Assembly (NCBI RefSeq): GCF_003790525.1
Contig: NZ_CP033635.1
From: Escherichia coli
Lineage (GTDB): Bacteria > Pseudomonadota > Gammaproteobacteria > Enterobacterales > Enterobacteriaceae
Direction: 5' to 3' (one strand)
Length of the DNA stretch: 64,000 nucleotides
The notes below the pieces were generated by a model that made no database searches, was not told the origin of the DNA, and worked only from the letters and a program-made list of their open reading frames with translations. Within the stretch, counting starts at the first letter, position 1, and the number at the start of each line of letters is the position of its first letter. Shown here piece by piece: positions 11,491 to 25,565 of the stretch. The position numbers were made by a program, and so were the translations under genes.

Positions 11491-12816
11491 ATGAGTGAGA
11501 TATCCCGGCAAGAGTTTCAGCGTCGCCGTCAGGCCCTGGTGGAGCAAATGCAACCCGGCAGCGCCGCGCTGATTTTTGCTGCACCAGAAGTAACACGTAG
11601 CGCCGACAGCGAATACCCCTATCGTCAGAACAGTGACTTCTGGTACTTCACCGGCTTTAACGAACCGGAAGCGGTGCTGGTGCTGATTAAAAGCGACGAC
11701 ACTCATAACCACAGCGTTTTGTTTAACCGCGTTCGCGACCTGACGGCAGAGATCTGGTTTGGTCGTCGCTTAGGCCAGGATGCCGCGCCAGAGAAACTGG
11801 GCGTTGACCGCGCACTGGCATTCAGTGAAATCAATCAGCAACTTTATCAACTACTTAACGGCCTGGATGTGGTTTACCATGCTCAGGGCGAATATGCATA
11901 TGCTGATGAAATCGTGAACAGCGCGCTGGAAAAGTTGCGTAAAGGCTCGCGACAGAATCTCACTGCCCCGGCTACGATGATCGACTGGCGTCCCATTGTT
12001 CATGAAATGCGCCTGTTCAAATCCCCAGAAGAGATTGCCGTACTTCGCCGCGCGGGGGAAATTACCGCCCTGGCGCATACCCGGGCGATGGAAAAATGCC
12101 GTCCGGGAATGTTCGAGTACCATCTGGAAGGCGAAATTCACCACGAATTTAACCGCCACGGTGCGCGCTATCCGTCCTATAACACCATTGTCGGCAGCGG
12201 TGAAAACGGCTGCATTCTGCACTACACCGAAAACGAGTGTGAAATGCGCGACGGTGACCTGGTGTTGATTGACGCGGGTTGTGAATACAAAGGTTACGCG
12301 GGCGATATTACCCGCACCTTCCCGGTCAACGGCAAATTCACCCAAGCCCAGCGTGAAATCTACGACATTGTGCTGGAGTCTCTTGAAACCAGCCTGCGGC
12401 TGTATCGTCCGGGAACTTCCATTCAGGAAGTCACTGGTGAAGTGGTGCGCATCATGGTTAGCGGCCTGGTAAAACTCGGCATCCTGAAAGGTGATGTTGA
12501 TGAACTGATCGCTCAGAACGCCCATCGTCCTTTCTTTATGCATGGCCTTAGCCACTGGTTAGGACTGGATGTCCATGACGTTGGCGTTTATGGCCAGGAT
12601 CGCTCGCGCATTCTGGAACCGGGCATGGTACTGACCGTAGAGCCGGGGCTGTATATTGCGCCGGATGCAGAAGTGCCAGAACAATATCGCGGTATCGGCA
12701 TTCGTATTGAAGACGACATTGTGATTACCGAAACCGGCAACGAAAACCTCACCGCCAGCGTGGTGAAAAAGCCGGAAGAAATCGAAGCGTTGATGGCTGC
12801 TGCGAGAAAGCAATGA
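11491..12816 (+). CDS. pepP: Xaa-Pro aminopeptidase (aminopeptidase P II)
   Basis: ORF track 512 aa is an in-frame upstream extension; true start MSEISRQEFQRRRQALVEQ (441 aa) preceded by SD aaggagag. Confidence 0.9.
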   Translation: MSEISRQEFQRRRQALVEQMQPGSAALIFAAPEVTRSADSEYPYRQNSDFWYFTGFNEPEAVLVLIKSDDTHNHSVLFNRVRDLTAEIWFGRRLGQDAAPEKLGVDRALAFSEINQQLYQLLNGLDVVYHAQGEYAYADEIVNSALEKLRKGSRQNLTAPATMIDWRPIVHEMRLFKSPEEIAVLRRAGEITALAHTRAMEKCRPGMFEYHLEGEIHHEFNRHGARYPSYNTIVGSGENGCILHYTENECEMRDGDLVLIDAGCEYKGYAGDITRTFPVNGKFTQAQREIYDIVLESLETSLRLYRPGTSIQEVTGEVVRIMVSGLVKLGILKGDVDELIAQNAHRPFFMHGLSHWLGLDVHDVGVYGQDRSRILEPGMVLTVEPGLYIAPDAEVPEQYRGIGIRIEDDIVITETGNENLTASVVKKPEEIEALMAAARKQ

Positions 12817-13991
12817 GCGTAATCATCGTCGGTGGCGGCATGGCGGGCGCGACGCTGGCGCTGGCTATTTCCCGGTTAAGTCACGGGGCGCTGCCGGTAC
12901 ATTTGATTGAAGCGACTGCGCCAGAGTCACATGCTCATCCGGGCTTTGATGGACGGGCTATTGCGCTGGCGGCGGGCACTTGTCAGCAACTGGCGCGCAT
13001 CGGCGTCTGGCAATCTCTGGCTGATTGCGCAACCGCCATCACCAGCGTGCATGTCAGCGATCGTGGTCATGCCGGATTCGTCACCCTCGCCGCAGAAGAT
13101 TACCAACTGGCGGCGCTGGGACAGGTTGTCGAATTACACAATGTCGGGCAACGGCTGTTTGCATTGCTGCGCAAAGCACCTGGTGTAACGCTGCATTGCC
13201 CTGATCGCGTGGCTAACGTTGCCCGTGCTCAGAGTCACGTTGAAGTGACGCTGGAGAGTGGCGAGACGCTGACGGGCTGCGTGCTGGTAGCCGCTGATGG
13301 CACCCATTCAGCGTTAGCCACTGTGTGCGGCGTTGACTGGCAGCAGGAGCCTTACGAACAACTGGCCGTGATTGCCAACGTTGCGACTTCCGTTGCGCAC
13401 GAAGGCCGCGCTTTTGAACGCTTCACGAAACATGGCCCGCTGGCGATGTTGCCGATGTCTGACGGACGCTGTTCGCTGGTCTGGTGTCATCCACTGGAAC
13501 GGCGCGAAGAGGTGCTGTCGTGGAGCGACGAGAAGTTTTGCCGTGAACTCCAGTCTGCCTTTGGCTGGCGACTGGGGCAAATTACCCACGCCGGTAAACG
13601 CAGTGCTTATCCGCTGGCATTAACCCGCGCCGCCAGACCGATTACCCATCGCACTGTGCTGGTGGGCAATGCGGCGCAAACTCTGCACCCCATCGCCGGG
13701 CAAGGGTTCAACCTCGGTATGCGTGATGTGATGAGCCTTGCAGAAACCCTGACTCAGGCGCAGGAGCGCGGAGAAGACATGGGTGATTACGGCGTATTGT
13801 GCCGTTATCAGCAGCGTCGACAGAGCGATCGCGAAGTAACCATCGGCGTCACGGACAGCCTTGTACATCTTTTTGCCAACCGTTGGACCCCGCTGGTTGT
13901 CGGGCGCAACATCGGGCTGATGACGATGGAATTATTTACCCCGGCACGCGATGTGCTGGCGCAGCGCACCCTCGGTTGGGTGGCGCGTTGA
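12813..13991 (+). CDS. ubiH: 2-octaprenyl-6-methoxyphenol hydroxylase (FAD-dependent monooxygenase)
   Basis: 392-aa ORF with FAD fold VIIVGGGMAGATLA; ATGA start/stop overlap with pepP. Confidence 0.9.
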   Translation: MSVIIVGGGMAGATLALAISRLSHGALPVHLIEATAPESHAHPGFDGRAIALAAGTCQQLARIGVWQSLADCATAITSVHVSDRGHAGFVTLAAEDYQLAALGQVVELHNVGQRLFALLRKAPGVTLHCPDRVANVARAQSHVEVTLESGETLTGCVLVAADGTHSALATVCGVDWQQEPYEQLAVIANVATSVAHEGRAFERFTKHGPLAMLPMSDGRCSLVWCHPLERREEVLSWSDEKFCRELQSAFGWRLGQITHAGKRSAYPLALTRAARPITHRTVLVGNAAQTLHPIAGQGFNLGMRDVMSLAETLTQAQERGEDMGDYGVLCRYQQRRQSDREVTIGVTDSLVHLFANRWTPLVVGRNIGLMTMELFTPARDVLAQRTLGWVAR

Positions 13992-14013
13992 AGGCGGTTT
14001 TAAGGAATAAACA

Positions 14014-15216
14014 ATGCAAAGTGTTGATGTAGCCATTGTTGGTGGCGGCATGGTGGGGCTGGCGGTTGCCTGCGGCTTACAGGGGAGCGGCTTACGCGTT
14101 GCTGTACTGGAGCAGCGCGTACCGGAACCTCTGGCGGCGGATGCACCACCACAACTGCGCGTTTCGGCTATCAATGCCGCCAGCGAAAAATTACTCACCC
14201 GTCTTGGCGTCTGGCAGGACATTCTCTCTCGTAGGGCCAGCTGTTATCACGGTATGGAAGTGTGGGACAAAGACAGTTTTGGTCACATCTCGTTTGACGA
14301 TCAAAGCATGGGCTATAGCCATCTTGGGCATATCGTTGAAAACTCAGTGATTCACTACGCGCTGTGGAACAAAGCGCAGCAGTCGTCAGATATCACTCTG
14401 TTGGCCCCCGCAGAATTACAGCAGGTCGCCTGGGGAGAAAATGAAACCTTCCTGACGTTGAAAGATGGCAGTATGTTAACGGCGCGTCTGGTGATTGGCG
14501 CGGACGGCGCTAATTCCTGGTTGCGCAACAAAGCAGATATTCCGCTGACTTTCTGGGATTATCAGCATCACGCGCTGGTAGCGACCATTCGCACGGAAGA
14601 ACCGCATGATGCGGTGGCGCGGCAGGTTTTCCATGGCGAAGGCATTCTGGCCTTTTTACCGCTTAGCGATCCGCATCTTTGCTCGATTGTCTGGTCACTG
14701 TCGTCAGAGGAAGCGCAGCGGATGCAGCAGGCAAGTGAAGACGAATTTAATCGCGCGTTAAATATCGCTTTTGATAATCGCCTGGGCTTATGCAAGGTTG
14801 AGAGCGCGCGTCAGGTGTTCCCACTGACGGGGCGTTATGCGCGCCAGTTTGCCGCGCACCGTCTGGCGCTGGTGGGCGACGCCGCGCATACCATTCACCC
14901 GCTGGCGGGGCAGGGGGTAAATCTTGGCTTTATGGATGCTGCAGAGCTGATTGCTGAACTGAAACGGTTGCATCGTCAGGGTAAAGACATCGGGCAGTAC
15001 ATTTATCTGCGTCGCTATGAGAGTAGCCGCAAGCACAGTTCGGCGCTGATGCTGGCTGGTATGCAGGGATTCCGTGATCTGTTTTCCGGTACCAATCCGG
15101 CGAAAAAACTGCTGCGTGATATTGGTTTGAAACTGGCCGACACGCTTCCTGGCGTTAAACCACAACTCATCCGCCAGGCAATGGGATTAAACGATTTGCC
15201 TGAATGGCTGCGTTAA
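14014..15216 (+). CDS. ubiI: 2-octaprenylphenol hydroxylase (FAD-dependent monooxygenase, VisC)
   Basis: 400-aa paralogue of ubiH, VAIVGGGMVGLAVA. Confidence 0.9.
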   Translation: MQSVDVAIVGGGMVGLAVACGLQGSGLRVAVLEQRVPEPLAADAPPQLRVSAINAASEKLLTRLGVWQDILSRRASCYHGMEVWDKDSFGHISFDDQSMGYSHLGHIVENSVIHYALWNKAQQSSDITLLAPAELQQVAWGENETFLTLKDGSMLTARLVIGADGANSWLRNKADIPLTFWDYQHHALVATIRTEEPHDAVARQVFHGEGILAFLPLSDPHLCSIVWSLSSEEAQRMQQASEDEFNRALNIAFDNRLGLCKVESARQVFPLTGRYARQFAAHRLALVGDAAHTIHPLAGQGVNLGFMDAAELIAELKRLHRQGKDIGQYIYLRRYESSRKHSSALMLAGMQGFRDLFSGTNPAKKLLRDIGLKLADTLPGVKPQLIRQAMGLNDLPEWLR

Positions 15217-15258
15217 AAATTTCTCTTCTGTTGTTTATTTGATACCCATCACACTTTC

Positions 15259-15288
15259 ATCTCCCGGTTTTTTCGCCGGGAGATTTTC
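15259..15288 (+). terminator. Rho-independent terminator after ubiI
   Basis: tctcccgg-ttttttcg-ccgggaga hairpin followed by tttt. Confidence 0.5.
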
Positions 15289-15299
15289 CTCATTTGAAA

Positions 15300-15662
15300 T
15301 AAACTAATTTCACCTCCGTTTTCGCATTATATTTTCTAATGCTATGATTTTTTGATTTAGTGTTTTTTGACATTTTTTTAGTTCTTAATATTGCCTTATT
15401 CAAATTAACTTTCTAATGGCATCATCTTTATATAGAAACTAGAGTGTTTTTTGGTTTTTTATTCTGTCGCGATTTTGGCGTTTTTTAACCATAAGCTAAT
15501 GTGATGATCAATTTTACCTTATGGTTAACAGTCTGTTTCGGTGGTAAGTTCAGGCAAAAGAGAACGATTGCGTTGGGGACCGGGAGTGGCTCCGATGCTG
15601 GGTTTCGTGGTGATAATTTCACCATGAAAAGTTGTCAGCCCCGCTTATTCAATGAGGACAAG
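15300..15662 (+). promoter_or_regulatory. gcvTHP promoter and upstream control region
   Basis: About 360 bp AT-rich non-coding DNA upstream of gcvT; in E. coli this region carries the gcv promoter and GcvA/Lrp/PurR/CRP sites (established knowledge; individual sites not resolved here). Confidence 0.4.
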
Positions 15663-16757
15663 ATGGCACAACAGACTCCTTTGTACGAACAACACACGCT
15701 TTGCGGCGCTCGCATGGTGGATTTCCACGGCTGGATGATGCCGCTGCATTACGGTTCGCAAATCGACGAACATCATGCGGTACGTACCGATGCCGGAATG
15801 TTTGATGTGTCACATATGACCATCGTCGATCTCCGCGGCAGCCGCACCCGGGAGTTTCTGCGTTATCTGCTGGCGAACGATGTGGCGAAGCTCACCAAAA
15901 GCGGCAAAGCCCTTTACTCGGGGATGTTGAATGCCTCTGGCGGTGTGATAGATGACCTCATCGTCTACTACTTTACTGAAGATTTCTTCCGCCTCGTTGT
16001 TAACTCCGCCACCCGCGAAAAAGACCTCTCCTGGATTACCCAACACGCTGAACCTTTCGGCATCGAAATTACCGTTCGTGATGACCTTTCCATGATCGCC
16101 GTACAAGGGCCGAATGCGCAGGCAAAAGCTGCCACACTGTTTAATGATGCTCAGCGTCAGGCGGTGGAAGGGATGAAACCGTTCTTTGGCGTGCAGGCGG
16201 GCGATCTGTTTATTGCCACCACTGGTTATACCGGTGAAGCGGGCTATGAAATTGCGCTGCCCAATGAAAAAGCGGCCGATTTCTGGCGTGCGCTGGTGGA
16301 AGCGGGTGTTAAGCCATGTGGCTTGGGCGCGCGTGACACGCTGCGTCTGGAAGCGGGCATGAATCTTTATGGTCAGGAGATGGACGAAACTATTTCTCCT
16401 TTAGCCGCCAACATGGGCTGGACTATCGCCTGGGAACCGGCAGATCGTGACTTTATCGGTCGTGAAGCCCTGGAAGTGCAGCGTGAGCATGGTACAGAAA
16501 AACTGGTTGGTCTGGTGATGACCGAAAAAGGCGTGCTGCGTAATGAACTGCCGGTACGCTTTACCGATGCGCAGGGCAACCAGCATGAAGGCATTATCAC
16601 CAGCGGTACTTTCTCCCCGACGCTGGGTTACAGCATTGCGCTGGCGCGCGTGCCGGAAGGTATTGGCGAAACGGCGATTGTGCAAATTCGCAACCGTGAA
16701 ATGCCGGTTAAAGTGACAAAACCTGTTTTTGTGCGTAACGGCAAAGCCGTCGCGTGA
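15663..16757 (+). CDS. gcvT: Glycine cleavage system T protein (aminomethyltransferase)
   Basis: ORF track 418 aa is an upstream extension; start set at [24 protein letters not shown] (364 aa). Confidence 0.9.
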
Positions 16758-16780
16758 TTTACTTTTTTGGAGATTGATTG

Positions 16781-17170
16781 ATGAGCAACGTACCAGCAGA
16801 ACTGAAATACAGCAAAGAACACGAATGGCTGCGTAAAGAAGCCGACGGCACTTACACCGTTGGTATTACCGAACATGCTCAGGAGCTGTTAGGCGATATG
16901 GTGTTTGTTGACCTGCCGGAAGTGGGCGCAACGGTTAGCGCGGGCGATGACTGCGCGGTTGCCGAATCAGTAAAAGCGGCGTCAGACATTTATGCGCCAG
17001 TAAGCGGTGAAATCGTGGCGGTAAACGACGCACTGAGCGATTCCCCGGAACTGGTGAACAGCGAACCGTATGCAGGTGGCTGGATCTTTAAAATCAAAGC
17101 CAGCGATGAAAGCGAACTGGAATCACTGCTGGATGCGACCGCATACGAAGCATTGTTAGAAGACGAGTAA
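16781..17170 (+). CDS. gcvH: Glycine cleavage system H protein (lipoyl carrier)
   Basis: [20 protein letters not shown], 129 aa; the ORF track started 3 nt earlier at a TTG. Confidence 0.9.
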
Positions 17171-17287
17171 CGGCTTTATTCCTCTTCTGCGGGAGAGGAT
17201 CAGGGTGAGGAAATTTACACCTCACCCTCACTCTCTTCGCAAGGAGAGAGGTTCACAATTCACTGCACGTTTCAGGAACCATCGCTC

Positions 17288-20161
17288 ATGACACAGACGT
17301 TAAGCCAGCTTGAAAATAGCGGCGCTTTTATTGAACGCCATATCGGACCGGACGCCGCGCAACAGCAAGAAATGCTGAATGCCGTTGGCGCACAATCGTT
17401 AAACGCGCTGACCGGCCAGATTGTACCGAAAGATATTCAGCTTGCGACCCCGCCGCAGGTTGGCGCACCGGCGACCGAATACGCCGCGCTGGCGGAACTC
17501 AAGGCTATTGCCAGTCGCAATAAACGCTTCACGTCTTACATCGGCATGGGTTACACCGCCGTGCAGTTACCGCCGGTTATCCTGCGTAACATGCTGGAAA
17601 ATCCGGGCTGGTATACCGCGTATACTCCGTATCAACCTGAAGTCTCGCAGGGCCGCCTTGAGGCACTGCTCAATTTCCAGCAGGTAACGCTGGATTTAAC
17701 CGGGCTGGATATGGCCTCTGCTTCTCTTCTTGACGAAGCCACCGCTGCCGCCGAAGCAATGGCGATGGCGAAACGCGTCAGCAAACTGAAAAATGCCAAC
17801 CGCTTCTTCGTGGCTTCCGATGTGCATCCGCAAACGCTGGATGTGGTCCGTACTCGTGCCGAAACCTTTGGTTTTGAAGTGATTGTCGATGATGCGCAAA
17901 AAGTGCTCGACCACCAGGACGTCTTCGGCGTGCTGTTACAGCAGGTTGGCACTACCGGTGAAATTCATGACTACACTGCGCTTATCAGCGAACTGAAATC
18001 ACGCAAAATTGTGGTCAGCGTCGCCGCCGATATTATGGCGCTGGTGCTGTTAACTGCGCCGGGTAAACAGGGCGCAGATATTGTCTTTGGTTCGGCGCAA
18101 CGCTTCGGCGTGCCGATGGGCTACGGTGGCCCACACGCGGCATTCTTTGCGGCGAAAGATGAATACAAACGCTCAATGCCGGGCCGTATTATCGGTGTAT
18201 CGAAAGATGCAGCTGGCAATACCGCGCTGCGCATGGCAATGCAGACTCGCGAGCAACATATTCGCCGTGAGAAAGCGAACTCCAACATTTGTACTTCCCA
18301 GGTACTGCTGGCAAACATCGCCAGCCTGTATGCCGTTTATCACGGTCCGGTTGGCCTGAAACGTATCGCTAACCGCATTCACCGTCTGACCGATATCCTG
18401 GCGGCAGGCCTGCAACAAAAAGGTCTGAAGCTGCGCCATGCGCACTATTTCGACACTCTGTGTGTGGAAGTGGCCGACAAGGCGGGCGTACTGGCGCGTG
18501 CCGAAGCGGCTGAAATCAACCTGCGTAGCGATATCCTGAACGCGGTGGGGATCACCCTTGATGAAACCACCACGCATGAAAACGTAATGCAGCTTTTCAG
18601 CGTACTACTGGGGGATAACCACGGGCTGGACATCGACACGCTGGACAAAGACGTGGCTCACGACAGCCGCTCTATCCAGCCTGCGATGCTGCGCGACGAT
18701 GAAATCCTCACCCATCCGGTGTTTAATCGCTACCACAGCGAAACCGAAATGATGCGCTATATGCACTCGCTGGAGCGTAAAGATCTGGCGCTGAATCAGG
18801 CGATGATCCCGCTGGGTTCCTGCACCATGAAACTGAACGCCGCCGCCGAGATGATCCCAATCACCTGGCCGGAATTTGCTGAACTGCACCCGTTTTGCCC
18901 GCCAGAACAGGCCGAAGGTTATCAGCAGATGATCGCGCAGCTGGCTGACTGGCTGGTGAAACTGACCGGTTACGACGCCGTTTGTATGCAGCCGAACTCC
19001 GGCGCACAGGGCGAATACGCGGGCCTGCTGGCGATTCGTCATTATCATGAAAGCCGCAACGAAGGGCATCGCGATATCTGCCTGATCCCGGCTTCTGCGC
19101 ACGGAACTAACCCCGCTTCTGCACATATGGCAGGAATGCAGGTGGTGGTTGTGGCGTGTGATAAAAATGGCAACATCGATCTGGCTGATCTGCGCGCGAA
19201 AGCGGAACAAGCGGGCGATAACCTCTCCTGTATCATGGTGACCTATCCTTCCACCCACGGCGTGTATGAAGAAACGATCCGTGAAGTGTGTGAAGTCGTG
19301 CATCAGTTCGGCGGTCAGGTTTACCTTGATGGCGCGAACATGAACGCCCAGGTCGGCATCACCTCACCGGGCTTTATTGGCGCGGACGTCTCGCACCTTA
19401 ACCTGCATAAAACTTTCTGCATTCCGCACGGTGGCGGCGGCCCTGGTATGGGACCGATCGGCGTGAAAGCGCATCTGGCACCGTTTGTGCCAGGTCATAG
19501 CGTGGTACAAATTGAAGGCATGTTAACCCGTCAGGGCGCGGTTTCTGCGGCACCGTTCGGTAGCGCATCCATTCTGCCAATCAGCTGGATGTACATCCGT
19601 ATGATGGGCGCAGAAGGGCTGAAAAAAGCAAGCCAGGTGGCAATTCTTAACGCCAACTATATTGCCAGCCGCCTGCAGGATGCTTTCCCGGTGCTGTATA
19701 CCGGTCGCGACGGTCGCGTGGCGCACGAATGTATTCTTGATATTCGTCCGCTGAAAGAAGAAACCGGCATCAGCGAACTGGATATTGCCAAGCGTCTGAT
19801 CGACTACGGTTTCCACGCGCCGACCATGTCATTCCCGGTGGCGGGTACGCTGATGGTTGAACCGACTGAATCTGAAAGCAAAGTGGAACTGGATCGCTTT
19901 ATCGACGCGATGCTGGCTATCCGCGCAGAAATTGACCAGGTGAAAGCCGGTGTCTGGCCGCTGGAAGATAACCCGCTGGTGAACGCGCCGCACATTCAGA
20001 GCGAACTGGTCGCCGAGTGGGCGCATCCGTACAGCCGTGAAGTTGCAGTATTCCCGGCAGGCGTGGCAGACAAATACTGGCCGACAGTGAAACGTCTGGA
20101 TGATGTTTACGGCGACCGTAACCTGTTCTGCTCCTGCGTACCGATTAGCGAATACCAGTAA
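17288..20161 (+). CDS. gcvP: Glycine dehydrogenase (decarboxylating), P protein
   Basis: 957-aa [25 protein letters not shown]. Confidence 0.93.
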   Translation: MTQTLSQLENSGAFIERHIGPDAAQQQEMLNAVGAQSLNALTGQIVPKDIQLATPPQVGAPATEYAALAELKAIASRNKRFTSYIGMGYTAVQLPPVILRNMLENPGWYTAYTPYQPEVSQGRLEALLNFQQVTLDLTGLDMASASLLDEATAAAEAMAMAKRVSKLKNANRFFVASDVHPQTLDVVRTRAETFGFEVIVDDAQKVLDHQDVFGVLLQQVGTTGEIHDYTALISELKSRKIVVSVAADIMALVLLTAPGKQGADIVFGSAQRFGVPMGYGGPHAAFFAAKDEYKRSMPGRIIGVSKDAAGNTALRMAMQTREQHIRREKANSNICTSQVLLANIASLYAVYHGPVGLKRIANRIHRLTDILAAGLQQKGLKLRHAHYFDTLCVEVADKAGVLARAEAAEINLRSDILNAVGITLDETTTHENVMQLFSVLLGDNHGLDIDTLDKDVAHDSRSIQPAMLRDDEILTHPVFNRYHSETEMMRYMHSLERKDLALNQAMIPLGSCTMKLNAAAEMIPITWPEFAELHPFCPPEQAEGYQQMIAQLADWLVKLTGYDAVCMQPNSGAQGEYAGLLAIRHYHESRNEGHRDICLIPASAHGTNPASAHMAGMQVVVVACDKNGNIDLADLRAKAEQAGDNLSCIMVTYPSTHGVYEETIREVCEVVHQFGGQVYLDGANMNAQVGITSPGFIGADVSHLNLHKTFCIPHGGGGPGMGPIGVKAHLAPFVPGHSVVQIEGMLTRQGAVSAAPFGSASILPISWMYIRMMGAEGLKKASQVAILNANYIASRLQDAFPVLYTGRDGRVAHECILDIRPLKEETGISELDIAKRLIDYGFHAPTMSFPVAGTLMVEPTESESKVELDRFIDAMLAIRAEIDQVKAGVWPLEDNPLVNAPHIQSELVAEWAHPYSREVAVFPAGVADKYWPTVKRLDDVYGDRNLFCSCVPISEYQ

Positions 20162-20183
20162 TTTACTGATTCGACTATCTTCT

Positions 20184-20206
20184 AAAGGCGCTTCGGCGCC
20201 TTTTTC
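20184..20206 (+). terminator. Rho-independent terminator of gcvTHP
   Basis: aaaggcgc-ttcg-gcgccttt hairpin followed by a T-run. Confidence 0.6.
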
Positions 20207-20326
20207 GCTTGTTAATAAAGTGCGCTTTGTGTGTTTCGGCTGAGGCGTAATATAAAATATTGCGAGCTCAATATATTAAAAGAGTGCCAGGCCTGATGAG
20301 CGGAGCACATCAGGCACATCGGCTAA

Positions 20327-21787
<1,461 letters not shown>

Positions 21788-21804
21788 TTACAGGAAATAG
21801 TACC

Positions 21805-22116
21805 ATGCAGCCAAACGACATCACTTTTTTTCAACGTTTCCAGGATGACATTCTGGCTGGGCGTAAAACCATCACCATCCGCGACGAGTCTGAATCGCAC
21901 TTCAAAACGGGTGATGTGCTTCGTGTCGGACGGTTTGAAGATGACGGTTATTTTTGCACGATTGAAGTTACCGCAACCTCAACCGTAACGCTGGATACGC
22001 TGACGGAAAAACATGCAGAGCAGGAAAATATGACCCTGACTGAACTGAAAAAGGTCATTGCCGACATCTATCCCGACCAGACACAGTTTTATGTGATTGA
22101 ATTTAAATGCCTTTAA
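21805..22116 (+). CDS. yqfB: ASCH-domain protein YqfB (N4-acetylcytidine amidohydrolase family)
   Basis: 103-aa [31 protein letters not shown]. Confidence 0.85.
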
Positions 22117-22204
22117 ATTGAACTCACGCCTGTTAGTTGAAATTTCGCATTTAATTTCATGATTTTTCAGAGATTAATCTCAAATCTGAATTTATTTTAG
22201 CTAA

Positions 22205-22939
<735 letters not shown>

Positions 22940-22952
22940 TTGGTGTTCCTTT

Positions 22953-23009
22953 GTAGGCATGATAAGACGCGTCAGCGTCGCATCAGGCGATAAATGCCTG
23001 ATGCGATAC
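22953..23009. repeat. REP (repetitive extragenic palindromic) element, about 1.5 copies
   Basis: gtaggcatgataagacgcgtcagcgtcgcatcaggc followed by a partial gcctgatgcg; matches the E. coli REP consensus. Confidence 0.6.
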
Positions 23010-23015
23010 AGAGAT

Positions 23016-23996
23016 TTACTCTTCGAGCGAATACGGCAGTGGCTCGATACGCAATGTATTCGCATCGTCACGCACGCGGAAGATGCTGTCCGGTTCCATA
23101 TCGTTATTCATGACGACCTGTACCACGACCTGACCATCTTCCAGTTTTACCGCAGCCAGCACCGTACCGGTACGACGCCAGTTCTCGCCCATTTTCAGCT
23201 CTAAATCTTCACCAGCTTCCGGCAGTCGGCTGGCACTACCTGCCAGCAACCAGAGCGCGCGTTTGTTGGCACCGCGGAATTTGGCCCGCGCCACCATCTC
23301 TTGTCCGGTATAGCATCCTTTCTTAAAGCTGATGCCGCCCAGCGCCTGGAGGTTGGTCGCCTGTGGGATAAACTGCCCGCTGTTGGCGGCATCAATCACC
23401 GGGAAACCCGCTTCAATGTTTAATGCCAGCCACTGTTGGCTATTGTTCAGTTCCGCTTCACCGCGCAGTTTATCGGTCAGCATATTGGCAGTGGCTTCAT
23501 CGGTTACGATCAGGAAACGTTCTGCCGGGTGTTCAAACCATAGCAAAGTGGTCGCGCCTTCTTTAACTACCTGTTTTTCTTTCGAAGGCAGTTCACTAAA
23601 GATATTTGCCAGCGCGGCGCGCGCCTGAAAACCGGCAACACCAAGCAGCACACGCTCGTCGTCTGGCGCGATGGTCACTTTAGAGAATACCGCATATTTT
23701 TTCAGTTCAGTCAGCTGCGATTCACGCACGCTGCGCCGTTCAATCCATGCAAAGCCATCGCCGTCGCGGAACAGACGTAAATTGCTCCACATTTTACCTT
23801 TGGCGTCGCAATGGGCGGCGAGCAGGTGCTGATCTTCTGTCATCTGGCTGACATCTGCTGTCACCTGACCCTGCATATATTTTTCGCTGTCCGCGCCAGT
23901 AATGGCGGCAAGCGCCCAGTCATCAAGCGTCATCAGCGTCAGTGGCAAACGGGCAGAAGCCGTAGGCTGACGGGGAGGAAAAGGTGTAAAAGCCAT
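23016..23996 (-). CDS. ygfZ: Folate-binding protein YgfZ (Fe-S cluster repair/assembly)
   Basis: 326-aa [33 protein letters not shown]. Confidence 0.9.
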   Translation of the reverse strand: MAFTPFPPRQPTASARLPLTLMTLDDWALAAITGADSEKYMQGQVTADVSQMTEDQHLLAAHCDAKGKMWSNLRLFRDGDGFAWIERRSVRESQLTELKKYAVFSKVTIAPDDERVLLGVAGFQARAALANIFSELPSKEKQVVKEGATTLLWFEHPAERFLIVTDEATANMLTDKLRGEAELNNSQQWLALNIEAGFPVIDAANSGQFIPQATNLQALGGISFKKGCYTGQEMVARAKFRGANKRALWLLAGSASRLPEAGEDLELKMGENWRRTGTVLAAVKLEDGQVVVQVVMNNDMEPDSIFRVRDDANTLRIEPLPYSLEE

Positions 23997-24226
23997 AATA
24001 GAGTCCTGAGTTGCTTAACGGCGTATTAATGACTAATGGTAAAAGAGCTATGAGGCAATGCAAGTGCTTTCACTACGCGATCTGTGCCTTCTGCGAGGCG
24101 ACTTCCAAAAAAATGAAGCCCTTGAATTGTTGTGAATTAATTTCGCGATCGCGATTGTGTTTACTGATATTCCCGTAAAAGAAGTCGAAAAACACGTTAC
24201 AATAGCGGGGTACTGGATTTTCGTGA

Positions 24227-24893
<667 letters not shown>

Positions 24894-24932
24894 AGATGAC
24901 GGCAAAGCATATGTGCTAAGCCGTCAGTGACA

Positions 24933-25454
24933 TCAGGCGTAATGCTCTGCCATTTCGTTGAGGATTTGCTCGCACCAGCTCTGAATACGCTCGTCGCTAA
25001 GGTCATACTGGTTAGTTTCATCCAGCGCCAGACCCACGAACAGTTGCCCGTCAGCAATCACCGGTTTCGGACTGGTAAATTCATATCCTTCCGTTGGCCA
25101 GTAGCCGACGAACTTCACGCCTTTGGTCGAGAGTTTGTCATGCAGCATACCGAGCGCATCGAGGAACCACTCGCCGTATCCCAGTTGATCGCCAAGCCCA
25201 TACAGCGCAACAATTTTACCTTCGAGGTTCAGGTCGTCGAGCTGATCCCAGACGGCTTCCCAGTCTTCCTGGATTTCACCAAAATCCCAGGTCGGGATAC
25301 CCAGAATGAGCACATCGTACTGCTCCATTAATTTCGGGGAGTCGTCCTTGAGGTTATGTAAGGTCACCAGTTCTGGGCCGATAATATCGCGGATTTTTTC
25401 TGCCGCCATTTCGGTGTAACAGGTGCTGGAACCGTAAAAAAGACCCATATTCAT
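24933..25454 (-). CDS. fldB: Flavodoxin 2
   Basis: 173-aa [26 protein letters not shown]. Confidence 0.9.
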
Positions 25455-25565
25455 AACGTAAGCTTCTCGATTCTGCTGTGGCTTTTGCGGCTAGTGTATC
25501 AGAATCGCTTTAGTCACGGCACAATAAGGCATAATGGATCAAATGAGTGACCATAAGGGGCGCAA

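Noticed and set aside
15501-15662. N-terminal extension of gcvT in the ORF track, and similar extensions for pepP, guaD, xanQ, uacT, scpA, scpB, argP, rpiA, fau, bglA and ssnA
   Set aside because: In-frame upstream ATGs without an SD; the shorter starts match the remembered protein N-termini and have ribosome-binding sites.
15300-15662. Glycine riboswitch upstream of gcvT
   Set aside because: No tandem aptamer-like conserved structure is visible, and E. coli gcv is controlled by protein regulators rather than a riboswitch.
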